Shown: positions 9,701 through 20,795 of the stretch, piece after piece | How the letters are laid out: each line of letters opens with the position of its first letter | Position numbering within the stretch: the first letter of the stretch is position 1 | Assembly (NCBI GenBank): GCA_002705055.1 | Contig: PAHY01000043.1 | Coordinates: forward strand, 5,832-69,831 | Source of the DNA: Planctomycetota bacterium | Lineage (GTDB): Bacteria; Planctomycetota; UBA1135 | Length of the DNA stretch: 64,000 nt | Direction of reading: 5' to 3' | Notes under the pieces: model-generated | Databases searched by the model: none | Seen by the model: only the letters and a program-made list of their open reading frames with translations | What the model was told of the DNA's origin: nothing | Program-made: the position numbers and the translations under genes

Positions 9701-10922
9701 GCGATTGCTCGACGAAGGCAGTGAAGCTCAGGAAGAAGGAGGCCAGCACGATCTGCGCGCCGATCGCCAGCCCAAGCAGCGAAGGGATGACGACGCGCAT
9801 CGTGCGGAAGGGGTCGAGCTCGCCGTAGGACTTGCCCGCCCAGCTGAAGAAGGCGGCGAACATGCCCCAGGCGCCGATTGCCACCAGGCTTCCGCCGAGC
9901 AGCAAGCCGCGCTCGATGCTGAGCACGCGGAACAGACGATCCACCTTCGGGCTGGAGGGATGCAGGCCCGATCGCACCGCCTTGGCCTTGGCCAGCGCCG
10001 CGAACAGCGCCGACTGGAATCCGATCAGACCAATCGCGGCGCAGGCGGCCAGCGTGTGCACATCCAGGCTGAGGTCGCCGATCTGCAGCGGACCGGCGAC
10101 GAGGCGAGCGCCCAGCCCGAATCCGACCAGCATCATCAGCAGGCCCGGATACCAGAACAGCCACTTGGGGCTGAGCAGCAGGAACAGGCGCAGGCTGCGC
10201 CAGCCGTCCCGCCAGGTGCGCAGGTGCGGCTTGCGATCGCGACCGTCCGGCGAAAGCGTGGTCGGCACCTCGGTCACGCGGGCGCCATGCATGGTCATCT
10301 TCGAGACCATCTCCAGCGCAAACTCCATCCCTTCGGAGCGGATGCTGAGCCGCTCGTAGGTGTCCTTGCGGAAGCCGCGCAGCCCGCAGTAGAAGTCGCC
10401 GGCCCGGCGACCGAAGATGCGTCGGCCGATCGTGCTCAGCACCGGGTTGCCGAAGTAGCGGTGCAGCTTAGGCATAGCGCCGGGGGCGATGCCGCCCGCG
10501 AAGCGATTGCCCATGACCAGATCGTGGCCCTTGCGCAGCTCGGTGATGAAGCGATCGAGGTGCGCGAAGTCGTAGCTGCCATCGCAGTCGCCCATCACGA
10601 CGAACTCGCCGTGGGCGGCTTCGATCCCGGCCTGAAGCGCAGCGCCGTAGCCCTTGCGCTGGGCGTGCACGACGCGGGCGCCCAGTCGGTCGGCCAGCTC
10701 GATGGAGCCGTCGGTGCTGCCGTTGTCCGAGACGATGACCTCGCCGGCATAGCCGTGCTCTTCGATCGCGCGCTGCGCCTTGAGCACGCACTCCTCGAGA
10801 GTGCGGACTTCGTTCAGGCAGGGCATCACCACCGACACCTCCAGGGAGCTGGGGCGCGGATCTTCGGATAGCAGCGAGAGTCGAGCGGGGCCTTCCTGGG
10901 TCATGGATCTTGCGGGCTCCAC
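9657..10922 (-). CDS. GT2 polyprenyl-phosphate glycosyltransferase (DPM1/ArnC-like) with a C-terminal 4-TM domain.
   Basis: VVMPCLNEVRTLEECV...SDNGSTDGS...VMGDCDGSYDF (DXD) GT-A signatures; hydrophobic C-terminus (WLFWYPGLLMMLVGFGLGARL...). Confidence 0.8.
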   Translation of the reverse strand: MEPARSMTQEGPARLSLLSEDPRPSSLEVSVVMPCLNEVRTLEECVLKAQRAIEEHGYAGEVIVSDNGSTDGSIELADRLGARVVHAQRKGYGAALQAGIEAAHGEFVVMGDCDGSYDFAHLDRFITELRKGHDLVMGNRFAGGIAPGAMPKLHRYFGNPVLSTIGRRIFGRRAGDFYCGLRGFRKDTYERLSIRSEGMEFALEMVSKMTMHGARVTEVPTTLSPDGRDRKPHLRTWRDGWRSLRLFLLLSPKWLFWYPGLLMMLVGFGLGARLVAGPLQIGDLSLDVHTLAACAAIGLIGFQSALFAALAKAKAVRSGLHPSSPKVDRLFRVLSIERGLLLGGSLVAIGAWGMFAAFFSWAGKSYGELDPFRTMRVVIPSLLGLAIGAQIVLASFFLSFTAFVEQSRGPRLGGPADSASE

Positions 10923-10928
10923 AGGGGC

Positions 10929-12851
10929 CTATCGGTCGGACACCGCGCCGCTCTGAAGCGGGGCGCGGTAGACCACTCCGGTTCTGCCCGGGAGGATCCG
11001 CGCCGAGGCGCCCCGCAGCCGTTCCGCGTAGTTGGCGCCTGCTCCCGAGCGCGCCAAAGGGTCGACGAAGCGGTAGAAGAAGACCTTCCAGGCGAAATCG
11101 TGGTCGCGGACCTCGAAGCCGAAGAAGGCCGGGATCCCGGTCCACCAACCCCGAAGGGGCCGCTGGGCCTCCTGGTTCCGGGCCTGACGCACCGCATCGG
11201 GGACGGCGATCGGGCGGGCCTCGGGGCCCTGGACCCGGCCACCCTGGGCCAGGATGTCCTCGCGCACCCGCTCGATCGTGATCTCGCGGGCCACCGCCGT
11301 GGCACGCGGATCATCGGCTCCGAGCAGATCCTCCACCCGCTCGGCCGTCCATTCCGGGGCGAACTGAGGCCAGTCCAGGAACACGATCTCGCCCGGGTAG
11401 GCGTCCAGGAAGCTCTTGCGGACCGGCGCGATGCTCTGCGCCGGCAGGCCCAGCACGTATTGCAGCGGAAGCTGCTGGTTGGGTTCGGTGTAGAGCCGGG
11501 CCGGGCTGGCGAAGTCCTCCTCGGCGAAGTACTCGGCGATGATCGGCAGCGCGCTCTGCTCGATTTCATGTTCGCTGAGAAGGTCGGCGGTGCGCCCGGA
11601 TCCGATCAGCAGGGCGAGCGCGGCCAGCGGGGCGACCCACTGCTGGCGCACGCGCAGGCCATGCGTCAGCACGCCGCTGATCAGCACGCCGATGAACAGC
11701 AGCTTGGGTGCGGCCAGCATCATCGACATGCGGGCCGGGAAGTAGCTGATCAGAGGAATCAGGAAGCTGAAGGCGAAGAAGGCCAGCGCGCCCCAGAGGA
11801 AGAAGTGCAAGAGGGCGCCGGCGTGGGCCAGCACCGGGTTGGTCGCCCAGCCAGGGAGGCGGCTCCCGAAGGCGCGCGCCACGACCACCCAGGCCACGCC
11901 GAGCGCGATCGGGATCAGCTGGCTGAGACGCTGCCCGGAGAGCGTCAGCAGATCGCCCGGCAGTTCCATGACCTCCCAGGCTTTCGGGATCGCTCCGGCA
12001 TCTCCTGGGAAGCCCGTGGCCAAGATCCACGGCACGACGCCGAGCAAGAAGACTCCGCCGCACCAGACCGCGCCGGGGAGGAAGCCCGCTCGCCAGCCGC
12101 CCTGCCCGTCTCGTGCGAGCCGCGGCAGGCGGCTCAGCGACAGCACCCCGAGGACGAGGCAGGACAGCACGTGGGTGTGGAACAGCAGCGCCATCACGGT
12201 CCCGTGCGCCAGATAGTCCCGGCGGCGGTGCTGCGTGGCGAGCTGCCAGAGCGTCAGCCCGGCGAGCGCGGACAGCGCCATCGTCGCCGAGTAGTAGCGT
12301 GCCGGCGAGCCGAGATTGACCACGACCTCGGTGCAGCTGGCGAGCAGCAGCACGGTCCAGCCGCCCACCGGACCCCCGGTGGCGCGGCCCAGGCCGAACA
12401 TGGCCAGCATGAATACCAGGCTGAAGAACAGCGAGGGAAGCCGCGGGACCAGGGTGCGAAAGCCCAGGGCTTCGCCCTCGTGCCGCGGCCGCAGCGAGTC
12501 GGTGGGCGGGTCCGGTTCGATGCCTGCCAGCTTCAGCGCTGCGGCGATCGAGTACAGCGGCAGCCAAGCGTGGTAGATCGCCACGCCGGCCTCGGAGTAG
12601 CTGCTGTCCTTGAACTCGTACTCTTCGCTCTCCGGCCACGGCACCGACAGCGTGTTCTCGTAGATCGGCAGCCCCATGTAGTGATCGCTGGGGTAGCCGT
12701 GCTCAAGAATGGTCAGCGCGTTGATCGTCGACTCCGCTTCGTCGACCTGCAGCGGACGATCGGCGATGTCGATGGCGCGCAGCCAGGTGCCCGCTGCCAG
12801 GAAGCCCAGCAGCAGCAGAATCTCAGCGCCGCGCAGGCCGCGGAATAGCAT
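10929..12851 (-). CDS. GT-C fold membrane glycosyltransferase (GT39/GT83, PMT/ArnT-like).
   Basis: 640 aa with more than 10 predicted TM helices; N-terminal loop DEAESTINALTILEHGYP is typical of GT-C ArnT/PMT enzymes; first gene of a GT39-GT2-GT1 operon. Confidence 0.7.
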   Translation of the reverse strand: MLFRGLRGAEILLLLGFLAAGTWLRAIDIADRPLQVDEAESTINALTILEHGYPSDHYMGLPIYENTLSVPWPESEEYEFKDSSYSEAGVAIYHAWLPLYSIAAALKLAGIEPDPPTDSLRPRHEGEALGFRTLVPRLPSLFFSLVFMLAMFGLGRATGGPVGGWTVLLLASCTEVVVNLGSPARYYSATMALSALAGLTLWQLATQHRRRDYLAHGTVMALLFHTHVLSCLVLGVLSLSRLPRLARDGQGGWRAGFLPGAVWCGGVFLLGVVPWILATGFPGDAGAIPKAWEVMELPGDLLTLSGQRLSQLIPIALGVAWVVVARAFGSRLPGWATNPVLAHAGALLHFFLWGALAFFAFSFLIPLISYFPARMSMMLAAPKLLFIGVLISGVLTHGLRVRQQWVAPLAALALLIGSGRTADLLSEHEIEQSALPIIAEYFAEEDFASPARLYTEPNQQLPLQYVLGLPAQSIAPVRKSFLDAYPGEIVFLDWPQFAPEWTAERVEDLLGADDPRATAVAREITIERVREDILAQGGRVQGPEARPIAVPDAVRQARNQEAQRPLRGWWTGIPAFFGFEVRDHDFAWKVFFYRFVDPLARSGAGANYAERLRGASARILPGRTGVVYRAPLQSGAVSDR

Positions 12852-12861
12852 GGGCCCCAGG

Positions 12862-15288
12862 CTAGCGTCGGCCGCGTCGTTTCCGAGGCCCCTGCAGCTC
12901 GATCTCGCTGAAGCCGAGCGCGGCTTTGCCGACTTCGCCCCCGGTCGCCTCGAGAATCTGAATCTTCAGTTTGCGGATCGAAGTCGCCTCGGGCAGGCGC
13001 ATCACGGACTTGGTGCGGTAGTCCGGATCGATGGCGACATCGATCGGATCTTCGCGGTCGATCCACACGCGCACCTTGGTGACACGCGGGTTGTTGTTCT
13101 GCTGAATCGGGCGGGTCCGCGCGTGGGTGAACAGTAGCTTGTCGGCCGTCACCGGGCGCTGCAGATCGAACTCGATGGTGGGGGTGGCGTCGTTGCCGGC
13201 GCAGGTCCAGCCAGTGACCATCTTGTTGTCGATCAGGTTGCGCGGGCCGCCGCCGGAGCTGACCTGGACCTCGGGCTGGCCGCTTGGCATCAGATTCTTG
13301 GCCGCATCCTGCGGGTAGCTGCGGATCCCGGCTTCGGTCGCTTCCTCGACCGTGATGCTGGCGACGCCAGTCTTGATCTCGCTGTCGTCATCCAGATAGG
13401 CGACCGCGTGGATCTCGTAGGTGCCCGCCGCGATGAAGGTGTAGCGGCCGGCGAAGCGCTCGCGCGGATTGGGCTCCGCCGGGGCCTCGCGCGAGGCGAG
13501 CAGCTTCCAGTCTCCGCCGGGGCTGCGGCCAAAGTAGTCGACGCCGACGATCTGGCGGTTGCCCAGCGCATCGAGGTCGACGCGGTTCACCCAGAAGCTG
13601 GCGGGCGAAGCCGCCATCGCCGCGACCTGCACCGGCGCCGCCTTGACGTCAGACTTGGCGACCTTCTTGGCCGCGCTGCCGTGCGGGTCGGTGAAGGCCG
13701 CCTGAGTGGCGCGGCGCAGGAAGAGCAGCGCGAAGCAGGTGGCGGACTCCGTGCGCCCGTAGGGATCGGGCCAGGCGCCCAGGTTGATGCCCTGACTCAC
13801 CTGCTGATTGCAGAGGAACTCAGCGCCATCCCAGTACCACTCGCGCGGACCGACCTGTTCGGTGTCCAGCATCGCGCCGACGCGCTCCAGCCCGTACAGG
13901 TAGTAGTGGTGCCAATGATTGAGGCCCGGATTGGAGCTGACCGACCAGTGGACGATCATCCAGTTCATGCCGTACTCAATCTGGCGCTCCATCTGGCTGC
14001 GCAGATTGCCCGGGCAGCGATCGCCGAGCTGCTCCAGGCAGATGGCCAGCGTGGCAATGCCCGCGGTCGTCATGGAACCGCGGGCGCTCATCGGGTGGAC
14101 GTCGCGGTAGGAGAAGCCGGCCACCGAGAGCTTGTTGCCGTAGGCCTCTTCGAGCGCGTTCGGCGTATCGACGCGCTCGCGCTTGAGCTGGTAGGCCAGG
14201 GTGCCGTCCGCCAGGTCGACCCAGACCCGATCTGGAATCTCGAGCCCCGCCTGGGCCGCGGCGCGCAGACCGAGCGCGGCGAACTGAGTGCAGGAGAGGT
14301 CGGGGTGTCCGGTCGGATAACCCCAGACGCCCTGCCGGTTCTGCCAGGACAGCAGGTCGCCGAGGATCTCCTCCATCCACGGCAGGTACTCCTCGTCGCG
14401 CAGCGCTTCCAGCGCCATCAGATGGCAGCCCGCCGAGTAGGTCATGGTGGTCGGCGACTCGGCCATGAAGGCGAGCGCCTCGAGGATCGCCGGGTGGCGC
14501 GCGGGCACCCCGGACTTCAGCAGGGTATAGACCGCGAGCGCGGTCATGCCATTGCGATAGCGCCCGTGCTCCTCACCCCACGAGCCGTCAATCAGCTGGC
14601 GCTTGAGCAGCCAGTCCACGCCCTTGTCGATCGCGGTGTTGATGCGCTCCTGCTTGATGTGCGCGTAGCGCGCCATCTGAAAGCCCCAGGCGCCGCCGCC
14701 GTTGTTGATCTTGAAGACCAGGTGATTGACGCCTTCTTCGAGCCGGAGCTTCAGCCGTTCATCGCGCACGCTGACGCCGCGCGCCGCGTTGCGACTGAGC
14801 TTCAGCTCGCCGTTGACCCAGGCGCGCACCCCGTCATCGCTGCCGAACATGATGTCGACCTCGACCGGGCGCAGGGCGTGCACCTCGCGGTAGAGATAGG
14901 CGACGGCGTTCTCGTTCCACTTGTCGACCCCCGCGACCGGCGGAACCGTGGCGACCAGATTGATCATCCCGATGTCCGGCTCGTGTCGCTTCTCGGGGCC
15001 GAAGCGCGTCCACACAATCTCGGCCTTGCCCTTGCCGCGATAGTCCTGCTCCAGCCCTTTCCAGGGCTTGCCCGCCTTCATCTTGCGGAACTCCTTCTCG
15101 GGCTTGTGGTCGGGGACGACGGAGGTCGCGCCGACTTCGTGGTCGAAGGGTCCGAGGACCCACCACGGGCCCCAGCCGACTCCCTGGGAGTCGAACTCGG
15201 GAGCGGCTTTCTGCTCCTGCTGCGCCGCGCCCAGCGGTGCGGCGGTCAGGATCAGGAACGCGAGCAGGAGGTGGGGGATCTGCGTCAC
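12862..15288 (-). CDS. Secreted multidomain protein: PA14-like, prenyltransferase/terpene-cyclase-like alpha-alpha toroid repeats, and a C-terminal F5/8 type C (discoidin) domain.
   Basis: Signal peptide MTQIPHLLLAFLILTAAPLGAAQ (GTG start); DIMFGSDDGVRAWVNGELKL (PA14-like); GSWGEEHGRYRNGMTALAVYTLLKSG and QNRQGVWGYPTGH (toroid repeats); C-terminal NLIDNKMVTGWTCAGNDATPTIEFDL (discoidin-like). Confidence 0.7.
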   Translation of the reverse strand: MTQIPHLLLAFLILTAAPLGAAQQEQKAAPEFDSQGVGWGPWWVLGPFDHEVGATSVVPDHKPEKEFRKMKAGKPWKGLEQDYRGKGKAEIVWTRFGPEKRHEPDIGMINLVATVPPVAGVDKWNENAVAYLYREVHALRPVEVDIMFGSDDGVRAWVNGELKLSRNAARGVSVRDERLKLRLEEGVNHLVFKINNGGGAWGFQMARYAHIKQERINTAIDKGVDWLLKRQLIDGSWGEEHGRYRNGMTALAVYTLLKSGVPARHPAILEALAFMAESPTTMTYSAGCHLMALEALRDEEYLPWMEEILGDLLSWQNRQGVWGYPTGHPDLSCTQFAALGLRAAAQAGLEIPDRVWVDLADGTLAYQLKRERVDTPNALEEAYGNKLSVAGFSYRDVHPMSARGSMTTAGIATLAICLEQLGDRCPGNLRSQMERQIEYGMNWMIVHWSVSSNPGLNHWHHYYLYGLERVGAMLDTEQVGPREWYWDGAEFLCNQQVSQGINLGAWPDPYGRTESATCFALLFLRRATQAAFTDPHGSAAKKVAKSDVKAAPVQVAAMAASPASFWVNRVDLDALGNRQIVGVDYFGRSPGGDWKLLASREAPAEPNPRERFAGRYTFIAAGTYEIHAVAYLDDDSEIKTGVASITVEEATEAGIRSYPQDAAKNLMPSGQPEVQVSSGGGPRNLIDNKMVTGWTCAGNDATPTIEFDLQRPVTADKLLFTHARTRPIQQNNNPRVTKVRVWIDREDPIDVAIDPDYRTKSVMRLPEATSIRKLKIQILEATGGEVGKAALGFSEIELQGPRKRRGRR

Positions 15289-15562
15289 GGTTTTGAGGGA
15301 TGTCCCGGGGACACTCGCATTCTAGACCGCAACGCGCGCTCGTCGCCGGATTTGCCTTCAGTCCTCCGGCCCGATTCCGCAAAGGGGGCGTTCGGTTGGA
15401 AGAACCTCCTTGTGGGAGGAGTGCAAGCTCCTCTCGACCTCGTCCTCGGACGGGGGAGGAAACCTCGGACCTTGACTGCCGACTTCTCTGGGGGGAGGGT
15501 CGGTCAAGCGCTGGGCTGGTATTGCGGCCCGCGTCAGGTTGAGCGAAGGGGTGGAACCCGCG

Positions 15563-15598
15563 GAGTCGGCAGTTTCGGCTGCCGGCTCCGTTTTTTTT
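15563..15598 (+). terminator. Orphan rho-independent terminator on the + strand in an intergenic region flanked by minus-strand genes.
   Basis: ggagtcggcag-tttcg-gctgccggctcc, an 11-bp stem with a G-U wobble, followed by gttttttttgc. Confidence 0.5.
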
Positions 15599-15684
15599 GC
15601 TTCAGGAGTGAACGATCTCGTCCGAAACGCGCGGCGCGCACGCTCCCGGGGAACGTGCGCGCCGTGGACGGACGGGGGAGAGCC

Positions 15685-17025
15685 CTACTGAGCGCCGCCG
15701 TCGAAGGTGTACTTGTCTACGCCCGGGCGCTTGACGCGGACCTCCGGGACATCGTCGACCCAGTCGTAGGCGACCGGCGAGAGGTCGGTGTCGCTCTTCC
15801 AGGCGTCCTCCCAGGAGATGGTCTGACCGGAGTAGGCCGCCATCCGGCCGACGATCGCCATCATGGTCGAGCTGATCATGTACTCATCGTTCCAGATCGG
15901 TTCGCCCGAGCGAATCGCCTTGAACATGGCGTTGTGCTCGTTCTGGTACATGTCATCCGGGCCTTCGCCGCGGTAGCGCCAGCGGCCGTCCGCGTTCTCG
16001 ATCCGGTGGTGCTGCAGCGCCGCCGTACCCTTCGTGCCGAAGGCGTAATCGGAGACATCGAAGCTGGTGCCGGCCATCTGGCGGCAGGAGCTGAAGGCGC
16101 GCACACCGTTCTTCCACTCGAACACGGTGTTGAAGTGGTCGTAGACGTCGCCGAACTTCTCGTCGGTGCGCACGATCCGGCCGCCGCTTGAAGTGACCTT
16201 GGCCGGCGGCTCGTCGCCCATCGCCCACAGCACCTTGTCCAGCGAGTGGATGTGCTGCTCGGCGATGTGGTCGCCCGACAGCCAGGTGAAGTACAGCCAG
16301 TTCCGCATCTGGTACTCCATCTCCGACCACTCCGGCTTGCGACCGCGGTGCCAGAGGCTGCCGGTGTTGTAGGTGCACTGCAGCGCGGTGATGTCGCCGA
16401 TGGCGCCGTCGTGCAGGCGCTTGAAGGTCTCCTGCTTGGCGAACTGGTAGCGGTAGCAGAGGCCCGACACCATGGTCAGACCCTTCTCGCGCCCGCGCAG
16501 GCAGGCGGCGCGGATGCGGCGCAGGCCCGGCATATCGCAGGCGACCGGCTTTTCGATGAACAGGTGCTTGCCCTTCTCGACCGCGTACTCGACGTGCATC
16601 GGGCGGAAGTGCGGCGAGGTGGCGAGCAGCACGACGTCGACGTTGTCGATGACCTGCTTGTAGGCATCGAAGCCGACGAAGCGGCGCTCTTCCGGGACGT
16701 CGATCTTGTCTGCCAGATCGCCCTGGCCCTGCAGCGAACGCAGGCTGTTCTCCAGCATGTCGCCGAAGGCGTCGCCCATGGCGACCAGCTTGACGTTCGG
16801 GTCGGCGCGCAGCGCGTTGGCCGCGGCGCCGGTGCCGCGCCCGCCGCAGCCGATCAGACCGACGCGGAGCGTTTCGTTATTGGCCACGTGAGCCATGCCA
16901 GCGAGCTTGCCGAGAGGCGCGGCCGAGGCGCCCGAAGCAAGCAGAGCGCCGCCGGTCAGGGCCGAGCCTGTGCTCAGGAAGGCGCGACGGCTGGCGGAGG
17001 AGGGAGTCGACGATTGGTCCTTCAT
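15685..17025 (-). CDS. Tat-secreted Gfo/Idh/MocA-family NAD-binding oxidoreductase (GH109-like).
   Basis: Twin-arginine signal SRRAFLSTGSALTGGALL; Rossmann motif LIGCGGRGTG; Gfo/Idh/MocA core; paralog of 20796..22100. Confidence 0.85.
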   Translation of the reverse strand: MKDQSSTPSSASRRAFLSTGSALTGGALLASGASAAPLGKLAGMAHVANNETLRVGLIGCGGRGTGAAANALRADPNVKLVAMGDAFGDMLENSLRSLQGQGDLADKIDVPEERRFVGFDAYKQVIDNVDVVLLATSPHFRPMHVEYAVEKGKHLFIEKPVACDMPGLRRIRAACLRGREKGLTMVSGLCYRYQFAKQETFKRLHDGAIGDITALQCTYNTGSLWHRGRKPEWSEMEYQMRNWLYFTWLSGDHIAEQHIHSLDKVLWAMGDEPPAKVTSSGGRIVRTDEKFGDVYDHFNTVFEWKNGVRAFSSCRQMAGTSFDVSDYAFGTKGTAALQHHRIENADGRWRYRGEGPDDMYQNEHNAMFKAIRSGEPIWNDEYMISSTMMAIVGRMAAYSGQTISWEDAWKSDTDLSPVAYDWVDDVPEVRVKRPGVDKYTFDGGAQ

Positions 17026-17108
17026 CGCGCCCTCAGTCTAACGGACATGAGCGGGATCACCTGCTTCGGTGTCCGAACCCAGCAGATTTCATCGGTGGAG
17101 GCCCGATT

Positions 17109-19472
17109 TCAATCGACCGGAGTCGGCATCGGCGCCTGACGCGCCGTGCGCCATTCCTGCAACTCGGCGAGGAGCGCGTCGCGCACCTCGGTCTCGGCCG
17201 CGGCTAGGTTCGTCGTCTCGCCCGGGTCGGCGTGAAGGTCGTAGAGCTCGACCGCCTTGCCATCGAAGGGTTCGATCAACTTCCACTTGCCGCGGCGAAT
17301 CGCGCCGGCGGGGGTGGCGCGCCAGCTGCCGCGTCGGGCTTCGAGATAGCCGGGCATATGGAAGTAGAGCGCGCGATCCTCAAAGTGCGGGCGCGGGCCT
17401 TCGACGGCTTCGCCTCGCTGAGCCCACAGCGGGGACAGGTCTCGCCCCTCCAGCGCCTGCGGCGGAGCAGCCGCACCGGTGATCGCGAGCAGCGTGGGGT
17501 AGAAGTCGAGGGTGTGGACCGGTGTTGCGCTGACCTGGCCGGCAGCGATTCGCTGCGGCCAGTGGATGAGCAGCGGCACGCGGATTCCGCCTTCGCTCAT
17601 CATTCCCTTGCCCCCCTTCAGCGGGTGGTTATGGGTGATGTCCTTCTGATCCACGCCGGCATCGAGATAGCCGCCGTAGCCGCCGTTGTCGGAGCTGAAG
17701 ATGACGATCGTGTTTTCCAGCTGGCGATGCCGCTCGAGCCACTGCACCAGCCGCCCGCAGTTCCGGTCGAGGTTCTCGACCATGGCGGTGTAGCTCGCGT
17801 TGACCTGGCGTCCGCTGAGCCCCCGCTTGGTCACCGCGTCGACGGCCGGCCGGGGCGCCTGGATGGGCGTGTGCACCGCATAGTGGGGGAAGTAGAGGAA
17901 CCACGGTCGGTCGTCGTCGGCCTCCAGGAAGCGAATCGCCTCATCGGTCAGGCGATCGCTCAAGTACTCACCCGGCTGGCCTTCCTCCAGGCCGGGCAGC
18001 TGCTGCTTGACTTCGCCGTCCTGGTTCGAGCGCTGATACGGCCAAAAGTAGGTCGGCGGATGTCCCACGTGGTAGCCGCCGATGTTCACCTCGAAGCCCT
18101 GGGCGCGCGGGCCTTCCGGGGTGCCGTATCCGCCCAGGTGCCACTTGCCGAAGTGGCCGGTGCGATAGCCGGCTGCCTGCAGCGATTCGGCCAGCGTCAC
18201 GACCTCGCCTGGGATCTCGGTGACGTTGGGCGGCGGCACCATGCTGCGATCCGCCTTCTTGCCGCGGGCGCCGCTGCCGACCGTGTACATGCCATGCACC
18301 GGGACGGACTGGCCGGTCATCAGCGTGGCACGGGTCGGGGCGCAGTTGGCCGCCGCCGCATAGGCATCGGTGAAGCGGATGCCGTTCTCTGCCAGCCGAT
18401 CCAGCGCGGGCGTGCGGTAGCTGGTCGATCCCTGGCAGCCCAGGTCGGCCCAACCCAGGTCGTCGGCCAGAATGAACAGAATGTTGGGGCGGCTCGACCG
18501 GGCCGGCGCGGCGTGCAGCTCGATGGTGGCGCCCGGCCAGGCATGCAGCACGGCGAGGCGATCCGCGCCCAGCACGCATGCAGCGGAGGCCAGGGCGTCG
18601 GCCTCCATGCAGGTCGGGGCAGTGACCGTCGCGGCACACGACTCGGTCATGCCTAGGCCAGTCGCCGGATCAATGATGTGGGCGTAGCGCCTGCCCGCGA
18701 TCTCGACGAACTGGTAGCGATCGCCCGAGCTGGCGATCGCCGCGTGCACCAGCGCGACGGTCGCGCGGTCGCCGCGTCCGTCTTCGACCGCGATCTGCCA
18801 GGCGTCCTGACCGGGCGGGGGGGCGGACACGCGCAGGTCGCCGCCGCCGTCCACTAGCGCCGACTCGATCCCGGCCTCCTGCAGCACGCGCATCGCTTCG
18901 TCGATCGCGTAGCCCTTGGCGATGCCGCCCAGATCCAGGGCCATGCCGGCGGTCCGCATCCGCAGCGCGGGGCGGTCCAGGTCCAGTTCGAGATGGCGGT
19001 AGCCGGACGCGGCGCGCGCCTCGGCAAGTCGGTCGGGGGTCGGCAGCTCGCCCTGCCGCTTGGCGCGACGCCAGAGCTGAGTCAGACGACCCAGCGTGGG
19101 ATCGAAGGCGCCCTCACTGAGCTGGGCGAGCCGCAATCCGGTCGCGAGGACCGCGGCGAGCTCGTGCGAGATCGGCTGCCAGGTGTCGGGCGGGGCCGCA
19201 GCCAGCTGCCGGACTTCGCTGTCCGCGCGATAGTCGGAGAGCAGCGCGTCGAGCGCGTCAATTCGTGCGAAGGCGGCGGCCGTCGCGGCCTGCAGCGGCT
19301 CCGCGCGATCGCCGTGCACGACGATCCGGAACAGGGTGCCCATGGCCGGGTGGGTCGCCTCCCAGCGTGTGGGGGCCTCGGTCGAGCGGACCGGGGGCTG
19401 GCAGGCCAGTGCCAGGCCGAGGAGCGAGAAAAGCAGGGCCAGAAGGCGGTGCGCGTGCGGTTTCTGAGCCAT
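17109..19472 (-). CDS. Fusion lipoprotein: N-terminal ApbE-family FAD:protein FMN transferase domain plus a C-terminal type I (Cys-type) sulfatase domain.
   Basis: Lipobox LLGLALAC. ApbE motifs [61 protein letters not shown]. Continuous frame into the sulfatase core [18 protein letters not shown]...[13 protein letters not shown] (C-x-P-x-R)...GKWHLGG. There is no separate start or signal peptide for the sulfatase part. Confidence 0.8.
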   Translation of the reverse strand: MAQKPHAHRLLALLFSLLGLALACQPPVRSTEAPTRWEATHPAMGTLFRIVVHGDRAEPLQAATAAAFARIDALDALLSDYRADSEVRQLAAAPPDTWQPISHELAAVLATGLRLAQLSEGAFDPTLGRLTQLWRRAKRQGELPTPDRLAEARAASGYRHLELDLDRPALRMRTAGMALDLGGIAKGYAIDEAMRVLQEAGIESALVDGGGDLRVSAPPPGQDAWQIAVEDGRGDRATVALVHAAIASSGDRYQFVEIAGRRYAHIIDPATGLGMTESCAATVTAPTCMEADALASAACVLGADRLAVLHAWPGATIELHAAPARSSRPNILFILADDLGWADLGCQGSTSYRTPALDRLAENGIRFTDAYAAAANCAPTRATLMTGQSVPVHGMYTVGSGARGKKADRSMVPPPNVTEIPGEVVTLAESLQAAGYRTGHFGKWHLGGYGTPEGPRAQGFEVNIGGYHVGHPPTYFWPYQRSNQDGEVKQQLPGLEEGQPGEYLSDRLTDEAIRFLEADDDRPWFLYFPHYAVHTPIQAPRPAVDAVTKRGLSGRQVNASYTAMVENLDRNCGRLVQWLERHRQLENTIVIFSSDNGGYGGYLDAGVDQKDITHNHPLKGGKGMMSEGGIRVPLLIHWPQRIAAGQVSATPVHTLDFYPTLLAITGAAAPPQALEGRDLSPLWAQRGEAVEGPRPHFEDRALYFHMPGYLEARRGSWRATPAGAIRRGKWKLIEPFDGKAVELYDLHADPGETTNLAAAETEVRDALLAELQEWRTARQAPMPTPVD

Positions 19473-19574
19473 GACCGGAGAATGAGCGTAACGAACGGGG
19501 GGTTACGGCGTCATCCGTGTGGGGTATGCTGGCGCCCCGGTGCTGGCTTTGGCCGGCTTCCCACCTCGATCGTC

Positions 19575-20762
<1,188 letters not shown>

Positions 20763-20795
20763 GGCCAGCCACTACGCGTTAGCATCGATTCCGGC

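Noticed and set aside
15289-15684. Identification of the candidate sRNA as SRP RNA, RNase P RNA, tmRNA or 6S RNA.
   Set aside because: No recognisable conserved motifs of those families by inspection; left as an unclassified candidate.
13408-16191. 927-aa + strand ORF spanning two minus-strand genes. Related long ORFs are 9645..10871 +, 11100..12848 +, 32571..34334 +, 35099..36748 +, 41127..42887 +, 53639..56104 +, 53673..56318 -, 57753..60140 - and 22545..24203 -.
   Set aside because: All are low-complexity (R/A/G/V/D-rich) and antisense to genes with clear family signatures (GTs, exoprotein, mscS, gap, pgk, korA, SDR/UbiA, rlmN); judged spurious.
17109-19472. ApbE and sulfatase as two separate genes.
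   Set aside because: Single uninterrupted frame; no start codon with a signal peptide precedes the sulfatase domain, whose sequence begins at the point where mature sulfatases normally start.
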